NCBI GenBank assembly: GCA_041397805.1 | Contig: JAWKWD010000017.1 | Coordinates: forward strand, 8,234-72,233 | DNA from: Hyphomicrobiaceae bacterium | Lineage (GTDB): Bacteria; Pseudomonadota; Alphaproteobacteria; Rhizobiales; Hyphomicrobiaceae | Length of the DNA stretch: 64,000 bases | Reading direction: 5' to 3' | Shown: piece after piece, positions 50,262 through 60,244 of the stretch | Numbering within the stretch: position 1 is the first letter of the stretch | Layout of the letters: every line of letters begins with the position of its first letter | The notes under the pieces: generated by a model | What the model saw: only the letters and a program-made list of their open reading frames with translations | What the model was told of the DNA's origin: nothing | Database searches by the model: none | Position numbers and translations under genes: made by a program

Positions 50262-51280
50262 CGATAGACGAGCGTGCCTTGGTCGAGGTGCACGACCTTC
50301 ACGTGGCGTTTCATGGGCAGGACGCCATTGCACACGCTGTCAACGGCGTGAGCTTCGATCTGCTACGTGGCGAGGTCCTTTGCATTCTCGGCGAGTCGGG
50401 TTCGGGCAAGTCTGTGACGATGAGGGCGCTCATGCGTCTTCTTCCAGCGCGAAAAACCCGCATCTCTGGCCGGATCCACGTCGATGGCCACGACATCCTC
50501 GCCCTCGATGACGCGGCCATTGCCGACTTGCGGGGACCGACAGTGGCCATGATCTTTCAGGAGCCGATGACTGCCTTCGATCCGGTTTTCACGATCGGCG
50601 ACCAGATTGCGGAAACGATCCGACGCCATGAGCACGTCACGGATCAGGAGGCGCGCCGCCGGGCTCTTGAGTTGCTCGAGATGGTGCAGATACCGTCGGC
50701 CGCGCGTCGCCTCAACAATTATCCGTTCGAGATGTCGGGTGGGATGCGCCAGAGGGCGATGATTGCGCTGGCCCTCTCCTGTCGACCGAGCTTGCTGTTG
50801 GCCGACGAGCCGACGACGGCTCTCGATGCAACCGTGCAGATACAGATCCTTCTTCTGCTCAGACAGCTCCAGAAAGAGCTCGGCATGGCCGTGATATTCG
50901 TCACGCACGATATTGGCGTCGCGGTGGAGATTGCCGACCGCATTGCGGTCATGTACGCGGGTCGCTTCGTCGAGACAGGGGGGCTGCGCCCCGTTCTTCA
51001 GTCGCCGTCCCATCCTTATACCCGCGGCTTGATGGCCTCGACCGTGAAGCGCGGTATGCGGGGCTCTCGCCTGCAGGCGGTCGATGGCGCTCCGCCCGAC
51101 TTGACGCGCTTGCCGCAGGGCTGTGCGTTCGCTGCCCGATGCGGTCAGGTCGCGCCGGTCTGTCTCGCCGATCAGCCTGGCCACACGGCGATTGCACCCG
51201 GTCATGTCGTCGCATGCGCGATGGCGGGTGCGAACAAGGTGCCTGGCTGCCAGACGAAAATCGGCGACTTGGCCAGGTGA
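50258..51280 (+). CDS. ABC transporter ATP-binding protein (DppD/OppD-like)
   Basis: GESGSGKS, MSGGMRQR, LLADEPTTALD. Its start overlaps the preceding stop (ATGA). Confidence 0.9.
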   Translation: MTIDERALVEVHDLHVAFHGQDAIAHAVNGVSFDLLRGEVLCILGESGSGKSVTMRALMRLLPARKTRISGRIHVDGHDILALDDAAIADLRGPTVAMIFQEPMTAFDPVFTIGDQIAETIRRHEHVTDQEARRRALELLEMVQIPSAARRLNNYPFEMSGGMRQRAMIALALSCRPSLLLADEPTTALDATVQIQILLLLRQLQKELGMAVIFVTHDIGVAVEIADRIAVMYAGRFVETGGLRPVLQSPSHPYTRGLMASTVKRGMRGSRLQAVDGAPPDLTRLPQGCAFAARCGQVAPVCLADQPGHTAIAPGHVVACAMAGANKVPGCQTKIGDLAR

Positions 51281-51340
51281 TTGGCACTACAGTCCGAATA
51301 CACCCATCAGATCGCGATATTCGGACTCCTGGACAAAAGC

Positions 51341-51760
51341 ATGAACCAGCTCCGCATCAAGGCCGGTCCCTTCACGTTCCTCGGCAGCTTCGAGGAAGAG
51401 GCTGCGCCGAAGACATGCCAAGCCTTCCGGAGGCACCTGCCGTTCACGGGCCGGCTCGTTCACGTCAGATGGAGCGGGGAGGGTGTCTGGGTCCCTCTCG
51501 GCGACCTCGACTTCGGCATCGGCTTCGAGAACAACACCTGCTACCCATCGCCGGGGCAATGCATCCTCTACCCCGGTGGCGTGAGCGAGACGGAGCTCCT
51601 GTTCGCCTACGGCAATGTCAACTTCGCCTCGAAGGCAGGCCAGCTTTCGGGCAATCACTTCCTGACCCTGCACACCGGTCTGGAAAATCTCGCGACGCTC
51701 GGCCGCAAGACGCTTTGGGAAGGCGCACAGGATTTGCTGATCGAACGGGCAGGAGTTTAG
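51341..51760 (+). CDS. DUF3830 family protein (cyclophilin-like fold)
   Basis: APKTCQAFRRHLPFTGRLVHVRWSGEGVWVPLGD matches the DUF3830 core as remembered. Confidence 0.65.
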   Translation: MNQLRIKAGPFTFLGSFEEEAAPKTCQAFRRHLPFTGRLVHVRWSGEGVWVPLGDLDFGIGFENNTCYPSPGQCILYPGGVSETELLFAYGNVNFASKAGQLSGNHFLTLHTGLENLATLGRKTLWEGAQDLLIERAGV

Positions 51761-51844
51761 AGGTAGGCACGCTTGACCGGATCGGTGCCGAAAGTGCTGA
51801 GCATCCGGACGTCCACCGTCGCGCATCGCGACGATGCGGATATC

Positions 51845-53506
51845 TCAGGCGACCGTCACCTCTCGCACGATGATGGCCTCGAGAGGCGTCTTGCCGAGCA
51901 CCATGTCCGAGCCCTTCTCGGCGATCATCATGGTCGCGGCGTTGAGATTGGCCGAGAGCATCGCTGGCATGATCGAGGCGTCGATCACGCGCAAGCCCTC
52001 CATGCCGCGCACGCGCAACTGATCGTCGACGACAGCCGTCGGGTCCGACGCCGGCCCCATGCGGCAGGTGCCCATGACGTGGAACGTGGAGTTGCCCCAA
52101 AAGCGGGCGGCCTCCAACATCTCATCGTCGGTCTGGACCTCATCCCCCGGATAGTTCTCGCTGACCACATAGCGCTGCATGGCGCGCGTGTGGATCAGTT
52201 GCCGGGCGAGCCGCATGGCGGCGATGGTCGTCCGTTGGTCAACCTCTTCGGCTAGGTAGTTGGGTTGGATGATGGGCCGGTCGAAGGGATCGGCCGAGCG
52301 CGCGCGCACCCACCCTTTGCTCTGGGGGCGGTGCTGCCAGGCGGCGATCGTGAAGCCCGGATGGTCGGAAAACTCCCGCAGCGGCCCGTTCGGCCCCTTC
52401 GCGTAGCTCGCTGGCACGAATAGGAACTGGATATCGTTGCTGTTCGCTGCCGGATCTGAATGCCAGAAGCCGTAGACGAAGCTCGGCGTGAGGCCGACGA
52501 TGCTCTTCGCACCGATCAGATATTTGGCGATCTCGCCGGCCAGCTTCAGGCCTCGCGCGCGCTCGTTGATGCTCTCGACACCCTTCACGCGCACGCTGAA
52601 GCGCGGCGCATAATGGTCGCGCAGATTTTCGCCGACACCCGGCAGGTCGTGCACCACCTCGATCCCGAGAGACTGGAGCAGCGCGGGCGACCCGATGCCA
52701 GATTGCTGCAGGAGGATCGGCGAGTTGATGGTGCCGCCGGAAACGATTACCTCACGCCGCGCGCGTACCTCCACGGGCGCTCCGCCCCGCCCCCCCTTCA
52801 GATAGCGCACACCGACAGCGCGCTTGCCGTCGAGCAGCAGTCCGGTCGCGTGTGCGTTCGTACGCACGGCAAGGTTGGCGCGCTTCTTGGCCGGATTGAG
52901 AAAAGCACGCGCTGTAGAGACGCGGCGGCCGCGATAGGTCGTGCGCTGCACGTAGGAAACGCCCTCTTGGCGCTCACCGTTGTAATCGGCGTTGTGCGGA
53001 ATGCCGATTTCCTGCGCCCCTTCGATGAAGGCGTCGGCCAGGGGATGGCGATAGTCGAAGTCGGTCACCTGCAGCTGCCCCGAGCGGCCGCGGAAAGTGT
53101 CGTCGCCGGGCCCGATCCGCTGCTCGCAGCGTTTGAAGTAAGGGAGCACGTCGGAATAGCCCCAGCCTCGATTACCCTGTTGCGCCCAGCTGTCGAAATC
53201 CATGCGCTGGCCGCGGTTGTAGATGTGGCCGTTGATGGAGCTAGAGCCCCCGAGTGTCTTGCCCCGCGGAACTGCGACGGCGCGCCCGCCGATGCCGGGG
53301 CCGGGTTCGGACTCGTAGAGCCAATTGATGGAGGGGTTGGTCAGTGTCTTCAGGAAACCCGCGGGGATGTGGATATAGGGGTGCCAGTCGGGCGGGCCCG
53401 CCTCCAGAAGGCACACGCTGTGACGTCCGTCTGCGGTGAGTCGGTTCGCCAGGATGCAGCCGGCCGAGCCCGCGCCGACAATGATGAAGTCGAAGATATC
53501 CGGCAT
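51845..53506 (-). CDS. GMC family oxidoreductase (choline dehydrogenase-like), copy 2
   Basis: FDFIIVGAGSAGCILANRLT. Collinear similarity with copy 1 along the full length. The upstream extension of the ORF was rejected. Confidence 0.9.
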   Translation of the reverse strand: MPDIFDFIIVGAGSAGCILANRLTADGRHSVCLLEAGPPDWHPYIHIPAGFLKTLTNPSINWLYESEPGPGIGGRAVAVPRGKTLGGSSSINGHIYNRGQRMDFDSWAQQGNRGWGYSDVLPYFKRCEQRIGPGDDTFRGRSGQLQVTDFDYRHPLADAFIEGAQEIGIPHNADYNGERQEGVSYVQRTTYRGRRVSTARAFLNPAKKRANLAVRTNAHATGLLLDGKRAVGVRYLKGGRGGAPVEVRARREVIVSGGTINSPILLQQSGIGSPALLQSLGIEVVHDLPGVGENLRDHYAPRFSVRVKGVESINERARGLKLAGEIAKYLIGAKSIVGLTPSFVYGFWHSDPAANSNDIQFLFVPASYAKGPNGPLREFSDHPGFTIAAWQHRPQSKGWVRARSADPFDRPIIQPNYLAEEVDQRTTIAAMRLARQLIHTRAMQRYVVSENYPGDEVQTDDEMLEAARFWGNSTFHVMGTCRMGPASDPTAVVDDQLRVRGMEGLRVIDASIMPAMLSANLNAATMMIAEKGSDMVLGKTPLEAIIVREVTVA

Positions 53507-53963
53507 GATCCGACGCCCGTGTCGTTTGCGCATCCCGCGAGGTTCGCTTGTGAAGACCATATGCTGGCTCAGACGAGGGCCGAAATCCAGCCAATCTGCT
53601 GGCGTGCAAGAGGCTGAGTAGATCGCGGAGCTGATACATCCCATCTTGTCGACGCGAAGCTTCGCTACGGTCTCCATGGTCAAGCCGCGTGGTCGGCAGG
53701 CCCGAGCGTGCTTGCCGAAGCTTGGACGGGCGCCCCCGCTGCGGACCGCGGCCCGAAGTCGACGATTTGACGAATTTGCCAATGTCGCCGGCCGGCGGCA
53801 TCATCAGAAGTGCGCAGTTGGCCTCATTGATCGCCTGCATCGGGATGAATGTGTTTGCGCTATCGCCGACCGATGCGTGACCTCTAGACCTCCGGGCACG
53901 GCTCAGGAAGGGGCAAGAGGGATGGCATCGCCGGAAGGAAAAAGAGCCATAAGGGAAAAGAGC

Positions 53964-54911
53964 ATGAGATACGCGTTGGCAACGGTATCGCGGGATGGGT
54001 GCTCCGTTCCGGTCATGGAGGTCGGTGGGTCGTACTACAGGCTCGAGCAGGTTGCCTCCGAGTTGCTCGACGCAAACCCGGGTCGAGGCCTCTTGGCGCT
54101 TTTCGTTGATTGGGAGGACGCGGACCGCAAGCTCGGCGCGATTGCCGAGAGGCTCACAGCTGCGAGCCCCGCTAGGCTCGATCCTGCACCGAGAGACGAC
54201 GAGTTCCAGACGCCGTTGCAGTATCCAAGTAAGCTGCTTCTGGGAGGCGCGAACTACTACGAGCACATGCGCAAAGAGGCGAATAAGCCGGATTTTCGCA
54301 AGCAGGATGGCACGCCTGTCTTCTTTTTGAAGCCGCCGACGACGAGCCTGGTAGGCTGCGGCCGCACGGTTCGCTATCCCGCGCAATCCAGTAAATTCGA
54401 CTGGGAGATAGAGCTCGCAGTCGTGATGGGCAAGAGATTGCGCCGCGTCTCCGAGGCAGAGGCGATGCAGGGGATCGCCGCCTACGCAGTTGGCATCGAT
54501 CTTTCGGCGCGAGATTGGCAGATGAACCCGCGCCACCCCTGGAAGTTCGATCTGTTTACAGGCAAGGCCTTTGATACGTCGTGTCCGCTCGGACCAAAGC
54601 TTGTTCCTGCGCGCTTTGTCGATCCGAGCGACCTCCGCCTGTGCCTGAAGGTCAATGGCGAGATCAAGCAGGATGCGCATACGTCCGATATGATATGGAG
54701 CGTTGCCGAGCAGGTATCGGTCCTATCCGAGCATGTGACCCTGGAGCCGGGCGACATTCTCCTCACTGGCACGCCTGCTGGCGTCGGCATGGCAACTGGC
54801 TCCTATCTTAAGGTCGGCGACAGGATCGAGGCGGAGATCACGGGGCTCGGCGTGCTCAAGGTCGAAATCTTGCCCGGCGAGAAGTCGCCCCGCACACCTA
54901 CACCTGGCTGA
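53964..54911 (+). CDS. Fumarylacetoacetate hydrolase (FAH) family protein
   Basis: FDWEIELAVVMGK, IDLSARDWQ, GKAFDTSCPLGP and LEPGDILLTGTPAGVG are typical of FAH-family hydrolases/isomerases. Confidence 0.85.
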   Translation: MRYALATVSRDGCSVPVMEVGGSYYRLEQVASELLDANPGRGLLALFVDWEDADRKLGAIAERLTAASPARLDPAPRDDEFQTPLQYPSKLLLGGANYYEHMRKEANKPDFRKQDGTPVFFLKPPTTSLVGCGRTVRYPAQSSKFDWEIELAVVMGKRLRRVSEAEAMQGIAAYAVGIDLSARDWQMNPRHPWKFDLFTGKAFDTSCPLGPKLVPARFVDPSDLRLCLKVNGEIKQDAHTSDMIWSVAEQVSVLSEHVTLEPGDILLTGTPAGVGMATGSYLKVGDRIEAEITGLGVLKVEILPGEKSPRTPTPG

Positions 54912-55176
54912 GGCAGCGGCGGAATTGATCTCGCCTACTCCAAGAGCCTCCCTAGCATGAGGCCCGATGGAGGCGGAACGAGCGCCACCGACTGGTTCCG
55001 GCCTCCGAGAAATTCGTACGACACTCAAACTCGATAGTGTCGGCGATGCCGGTTGCAAATGAGATCGGCTCTTCAGAGCCTGGATCTGCTCTCCGAGGGC
55101 GGTGAAACGCTTCTGTGGCGGCCCCGTGCCCCAGTTCCCCGAAGCTCGTAGTGCCGTCGGCATCGCCCCGGAAGCC

Positions 55177-57666
55177 TCAGCGCGCATGGACTGTACGCTC
55201 CGTGCCTGTCAGATGCGCGCGTTGTGGGTCAGAGTCGAAGTCGAGCAGTCGTCGTACGGCGACGGCAATCGCGCCTTCAATTGGCAACCACGCAAGCACG
55301 TAGACCCAGACGAGCAGTGCATACTCCCAGCCGATCGGCGTAATGAACACGCCATAGACGGCAACCAGCGTGCCGATGACCTGCGTCGTCTCCGTAGTCA
55401 GGAAGAGCTTGAGGCTTGGATACGGAGGCATCCAGAACCAGCGCTGGTTGCGCGTCACGTAGATGGTGAGGTGACCGGCAACGAGCAGCTTCAGGAAGAT
55501 TACCGTCTGCAGAACGTCGCGAGGCAGGCCCAGGACGACGTCGGCGTACCAGAACAGCAGAAAACTCTCCACGACGCCGATCAGGCCGAGGCATGTGGCG
55601 ATGGTGAGCACTCGACGCATGTTCCACCGCACGGGCTTGGGAGCAACAAGGGCATTGTCGTAGGCGATCATCATGATCGGAAAATCGTTCAGGATCGCGA
55701 GCAGCACGATCATTATGGCGGTCACCGGATAGAAGTCGAACACGAGGATCGACAACGTCATGAAGACGAGCACCCGGATTGTCTCGGCGATGCGGAACGT
55801 CGCGTAGCTGGTCATCCGTTCGAAGATCTTGCGTGCCTCCTCGATCGCTGTCGTGATGACCGCCAAGCCTGAACCGGTCAGCACGACGTCAGCGGCAGCG
55901 CGCGCGGCGTCAGTGGCGCCACTCACCGCGATCCCCGCATCTGCCTGTTTCAGAGCCGGAGCATCGTTGACCCCATCGCCCGTCATGGCGACGATATGCC
56001 CATCGCGCTGCAATGCCTTCACGATGTTGAACTTGTGCTCCGGAAGGACGCGCGCGACTCCGTCGGCCGCCTCGATCCGCTCGGAAATCTCGCTGTCGCG
56101 CACGTGGTCGAACAGTGTCGTCGCAGATTGGATGTTCGATCCGAGGCCGAGCTTGCCGGCGATCTGGCGGGCAATCGCCTCGTGATCACCTGTGATCATT
56201 TTGACATCGAGGCCCATGCCGCGCGCTTTCGCTATCGTGGTCTGTGCGTCCTCGCGAGGCGGATCGAAGATCGGGATCAGTCCGAGGAACTGCCAGCTCT
56301 CGCCCTCCGTCTTGCGTGCGACGCCGAGCGCGCGATAGCCGTCTGCTCCGAGCTTATCGACCTGCGTCTCTATGGCGGCCCGCAGCTCCTGAGCCGGGTC
56401 GACGAGGTCGAGGATCACCTGGGGAGCACCCTTGCTGAAGAGCACGCTGGTGCGAGCGTCCACGATCTTGGCTTCCGTCCGCTTCGAGACGGGATCGAAT
56501 GGCGTAAACGACGTAATTTCACGAGCAGAAGAAATACCCTCGGCGGCAGCCGCTGCGAGGACCGCCTTGTCGATGGCATCGGGGTCGTTGCGGTTGCTGG
56601 CGAGACTGGCAGCGAGCAGGAGATCGCCCGTCGCCACGCCAGACGCGGGACGCAGAGGAGCAATTGTCAGCTCATTTCGGGTAAGCGTGCCGGTTTTGTC
56701 GGCACACAACACGTCGACGCCAGCCAGTTCCTCGATGGCGACGAGGCGGGAAATGATTGCCTTCAGTCGGGCGAGTCCTTCAGCTCCGACGGCCATCGTC
56801 ACCGACAGCACCGCCGGCAATGCCACCGGGATCGACGCAACCGTCAGGATCAGCGCGAACTCCAGCGTCTTCAGGAATGGTGTCTCGCGGAAAATGGACG
56901 CCGTCAAAATGATAACGACCAGGACGACAGTCGCGAGGATGAGGAAGTTGCCAATGTTGAGCACTGCACGCTGGAAATGAGAGTGCTTTTCGGCAGATTG
57001 AACGAGTTGTGCGGTCTTGCCGAAATAGGTTCGCATGCCTGTCGCCGTGACGATCCCGGTCATCTCTCCGAGCTTGATCACGGAGCCCGAATAGGCGGTC
57101 TCACCTAGCTTTTTCTCGGCTGGCAGAGACTCGCCCGTCAGCGCAGATTCATCTGCGCTCAGATAGTCGCCCTTGACGAGGAGAATGTCGGCGGGCGTCA
57201 CATTTCCGAGCCTCAGCAGCACAACGTCGCCCGGCACCAGTCCGCTCGCAGGGATAGTCTGCCAGCGGCTGTCGCGCAGCACGCGGGCCGAGAGTGCGAG
57301 CCGCTGTTTCAAGAGCGCGATAGCATTGCCCGCCTTCGTCTCTTGCCAGTAAGCCACGGCGGCGTTGACCACCAGCATGGTTACGATGATTGCAAAGTCC
57401 GCCCAGTCGCCGAGAAATGCCGACAAGACTGCGGCTGCCTCGATCATCCACGGGATCGGCCCCCAGAAATAGCCGGCGAGCTTCTTGAGCAGGCTGTCCT
57501 GTGTCTCGACGAGCGCATTGGGACCGGATTGAGCGAGCCGCTCGCGCGCCTGCACGGCCGTTAGGCCCTTTTCGATATCCGTGTTCTGAGCCTCGACAGG
57601 GATTGCCGCGTCCGGCTTGCCCGACTGTTCCTCTTCAAGTGCTTTTGACCGCATCGGCTGGTTCAT
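55177..57666 (-). CDS. P-type ATPase, P3A (plasma-membrane H+-ATPase-like) subfamily
   Basis: CADKTGTLT phosphorylation site and MITGDH. MTGDGVNDAPALKQADAGIAVSGATDAARAAADVVLTGSGLAVI closely parallels plant/fungal H+-ATPases (AHA2/PMA1) from memory. Confidence 0.85.
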   Translation of the reverse strand: MNQPMRSKALEEEQSGKPDAAIPVEAQNTDIEKGLTAVQARERLAQSGPNALVETQDSLLKKLAGYFWGPIPWMIEAAAVLSAFLGDWADFAIIVTMLVVNAAVAYWQETKAGNAIALLKQRLALSARVLRDSRWQTIPASGLVPGDVVLLRLGNVTPADILLVKGDYLSADESALTGESLPAEKKLGETAYSGSVIKLGEMTGIVTATGMRTYFGKTAQLVQSAEKHSHFQRAVLNIGNFLILATVVLVVIILTASIFRETPFLKTLEFALILTVASIPVALPAVLSVTMAVGAEGLARLKAIISRLVAIEELAGVDVLCADKTGTLTRNELTIAPLRPASGVATGDLLLAASLASNRNDPDAIDKAVLAAAAAEGISSAREITSFTPFDPVSKRTEAKIVDARTSVLFSKGAPQVILDLVDPAQELRAAIETQVDKLGADGYRALGVARKTEGESWQFLGLIPIFDPPREDAQTTIAKARGMGLDVKMITGDHEAIARQIAGKLGLGSNIQSATTLFDHVRDSEISERIEAADGVARVLPEHKFNIVKALQRDGHIVAMTGDGVNDAPALKQADAGIAVSGATDAARAAADVVLTGSGLAVITTAIEEARKIFERMTSYATFRIAETIRVLVFMTLSILVFDFYPVTAIMIVLLAILNDFPIMMIAYDNALVAPKPVRWNMRRVLTIATCLGLIGVVESFLLFWYADVVLGLPRDVLQTVIFLKLLVAGHLTIYVTRNQRWFWMPPYPSLKLFLTTETTQVIGTLVAVYGVFITPIGWEYALLVWVYVLAWLPIEGAIAVAVRRLLDFDSDPQRAHLTGTERTVHAR

Positions 57667-57857
57667 GAGAGCTGGCCCTTCTCGGTGATCCAAGTGCGCG
57701 TCGCCTCGGAATCGGAATTCGAGAAGTTGCGAACCTGGTGATGGAAGAACGGTGCAAATCGGCAGACTGCATTTCGGGGTATTGCGGACGTCCGAAGACG
57801 GCGATGCGGCCGAAATTGCTCCAAGCTACTATTCGGGGGCGCCTTTCATTATCTGGA

Positions 57858-59015
57858 TCATGGATGAGCCCTCTCGGGCTCGCGGCCGTTGGCCTTGATC
57901 CACGCGCCGATGGAGGGCCACGCATCAGCCAGCGTTCGCGAACCCATGAACAGGCCGATATGGCCGCCGGGCACGAGTCGTTTCTCAATGCGGTCTGCCG
58001 GCGTGCCCAGCAGGCCCTCGGCCTCGAAGACCTGTTCTTTCGTCGTGATGTCGTCGTCAGCGCCGGCCAGCAGAAAGACCGGTGCCGTAATCGTCTTCAA
58101 CGACAGTTTCCGCCCGAGCCCTATGAACTCGCCCTTGGCGAACTTGTTGCCCTGGAACAGCTCTCCGATTGCCTGAAGATAATAGCGGCCCGGCAAATCA
58201 AGGGGGTTCTCATACCAGCGCTCGAAGCGTTCTGTGCGCTCGATGTAGCTCTTGTCCTCGATGTGCTCATAGAGATCGATGAACTTCCCGAGATAATTCT
58301 CTCCAGGGTGCATGTTTTTCCAGCCAGCCAGCATGTACTGTCCGAGCATGCGCCCGCCGCCCGCATTCACCATCTCCTCGTAGAAGCTGAACGGCAGTTC
58401 GTGCGCGATATGCTTGATCGAGCCGTCGCCGGCGTCGGTATCGATCGGCGACCCGGCCAGCACGAGGCTCGCGACCTTGGCCGGAAACCGGCAAGCATAC
58501 ATGGCCGACATCCAACCACCTTGACAGAGGCCGACCAGATTGACGCAACCACCCAGGTCATCGATCGCGACATTGAGTTCTGCCAGATACGTGTCGATGT
58601 CGAAGTCGCGCATAGCCTCGGTTGCGCTTTTCCAATCCGTCACGAGCACACGCTCGAGGCCCGCGCCAAGCAACGTCTCCACGAGACTTTGGCCTTTGGC
58701 GTAGTCGGCGATGGTAGAGCTATGGCCGGCATATGGAGCGTCGACCAGCACAGGCAGCGCGCTCGATGTGGAATTCTGCGAGAAATCTCGCAACCGCATC
58801 GTTTCGAGTTCGAGGAGAATTCGGTTCGGCGTCGCCCATTCGGGGCGATCCGGCATCTCGATGCGCGCCGCCTCCGAGAGATAGCGCAAGTTGTCTTCAA
58901 ACAGCCTGAGATCCCTCGCTTCCATCTCGATCGTGGCGGCCATCGGCCAGAACCACGGAACGGTGTGCTCCTGCCTTGGAGTGGTCGCCTTGCGCGAACG
59001 ATGAGCGGTTGTCAT
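57858..59015 (-). CDS. Alpha/beta-hydrolase-fold protein resembling class III PHA synthase (PhaC-like)
   Basis: GLCQGGW (G-x-C-x-G-G lipase-box variant with Cys, as in PhaC) and C-terminal PGGHIGLF resembling the catalytic His region of class III PhaC. 385 aa. 4-nt overlap with the ackA stop. Confidence 0.65.
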   Translation of the reverse strand: MTTAHRSRKATTPRQEHTVPWFWPMAATIEMEARDLRLFEDNLRYLSEAARIEMPDRPEWATPNRILLELETMRLRDFSQNSTSSALPVLVDAPYAGHSSTIADYAKGQSLVETLLGAGLERVLVTDWKSATEAMRDFDIDTYLAELNVAIDDLGGCVNLVGLCQGGWMSAMYACRFPAKVASLVLAGSPIDTDAGDGSIKHIAHELPFSFYEEMVNAGGGRMLGQYMLAGWKNMHPGENYLGKFIDLYEHIEDKSYIERTERFERWYENPLDLPGRYYLQAIGELFQGNKFAKGEFIGLGRKLSLKTITAPVFLLAGADDDITTKEQVFEAEGLLGTPADRIEKRLVPGGHIGLFMGSRTLADAWPSIGAWIKANGREPERAHP

Positions 59016-60238
59016 GTGGGTGTTCCCTTCTTGTCGGGGTTTGGTACGAGGCTGCCGGTCTGCGGCAGCGCAAGGGCCCGCGTGTGGCCTGCCACCATCA
59101 GTTCCTCGTTGGTCGGGATGACGAGTACCGACACGGGGCTGTCAGCGGTGCTGATGCACTGCGCGTTCGCTGCATTGGCATCATCGTCGATGCGCACGCC
59201 GAGCCACCCGAGCCGCTCGCATACCGCACCGCGGATGCTTGCTGCACGCTCGCCGATACCGGCAGTAAACACGAGGGCGTCGAGCCCTCCCAATGCCGCA
59301 ACGAGCCCGCCGCACTCGATTGCGATGCGATACACGAAGAGTTCGACCGCCTCCCGCGCCTGCGAGCAACTGTTCGCAAGCAGCTCGCGCATGTCGCTCG
59401 ATAAGCCAGAGACGCCTTTCAAACCGCTCTCGTGGTAGAGCATGTGTTCGACTTGATCGATGCTCATGCCTCGATCGCGAATCAGCCAGATCATCAGGCC
59501 CGCATCGAGCTCGCCGGGCCGCGTTCCCATGACGAGGCCGGAAAGCGGACTGAATCCCATTGTCGTGGCGATGCTCCGCCCCGAACGAAGGGCGCAGAGG
59601 CTCGACCCGCTGCCAAGGTGCGCGACGATCGTACGACCGGTGGCCGCGGCGGGTTGGATCTCGGACAGACGGCGCGCGATGTATTCGTAGGACAGGCCGT
59701 GGAAACCGTAGCGGCGTGCCCCCGCCTCGGCGAATTGGCGAGGCAGGCCGTAAGTGCAGGCGACTTTGGGCATGCTTCGATGAAAGGCAGTGTCGAAGCA
59801 GGCGACCTGAGGCAAATGAGGATGCAGCCGGGCAAGGCTTTCGATTGGCTCAAGATTGCGGGGCAAATGCAGGGGGGCGAGCGCCTTCAGCGCCCGGAGC
59901 CTGTCGAGCACCTCGGGCGTGATGAGCGTTGGAGCAGAATGCGACAAGCCGCCGATCGCGACACGATGGCCGATCGCAGCCAGCTTGCCCTCGCCGAGAT
60001 GGGATTCAAGCCACACGGTCAGCGCTGAAATCAGCGCGTGCGTGTCGGACAGATCGCGCGGATACCAGCTCCTGTCTATGACTGTTGAGCCGTCGGGGCA
60101 TCGAGCCCAGAGTCTGGGCAGAGTGCCGATACCTTCGAGTTCGCCGTGAACCTGAGGGGCAAGATCGGCACCGTAGACTGCAAATTTGATGCTGGACGAT
60201 CCCGCGTTGACGACGAGTATGCTCTTGTTCGCGGGCAT
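59012..60238 (-). CDS. ackA: Acetate/propionate-family kinase
   Basis: ILVVNAGSSSIKFAVY N-terminus, GFHGLSYEY and TAGIGE motifs. Confidence 0.9.
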   Translation of the reverse strand: MPANKSILVVNAGSSSIKFAVYGADLAPQVHGELEGIGTLPRLWARCPDGSTVIDRSWYPRDLSDTHALISALTVWLESHLGEGKLAAIGHRVAIGGLSHSAPTLITPEVLDRLRALKALAPLHLPRNLEPIESLARLHPHLPQVACFDTAFHRSMPKVACTYGLPRQFAEAGARRYGFHGLSYEYIARRLSEIQPAAATGRTIVAHLGSGSSLCALRSGRSIATTMGFSPLSGLVMGTRPGELDAGLMIWLIRDRGMSIDQVEHMLYHESGLKGVSGLSSDMRELLANSCSQAREAVELFVYRIAIECGGLVAALGGLDALVFTAGIGERAASIRGAVCERLGWLGVRIDDDANAANAQCISTADSPVSVLVIPTNEELMVAGHTRALALPQTGSLVPNPDKKGTPT

Positions 60239-60244
60239 GGAACG

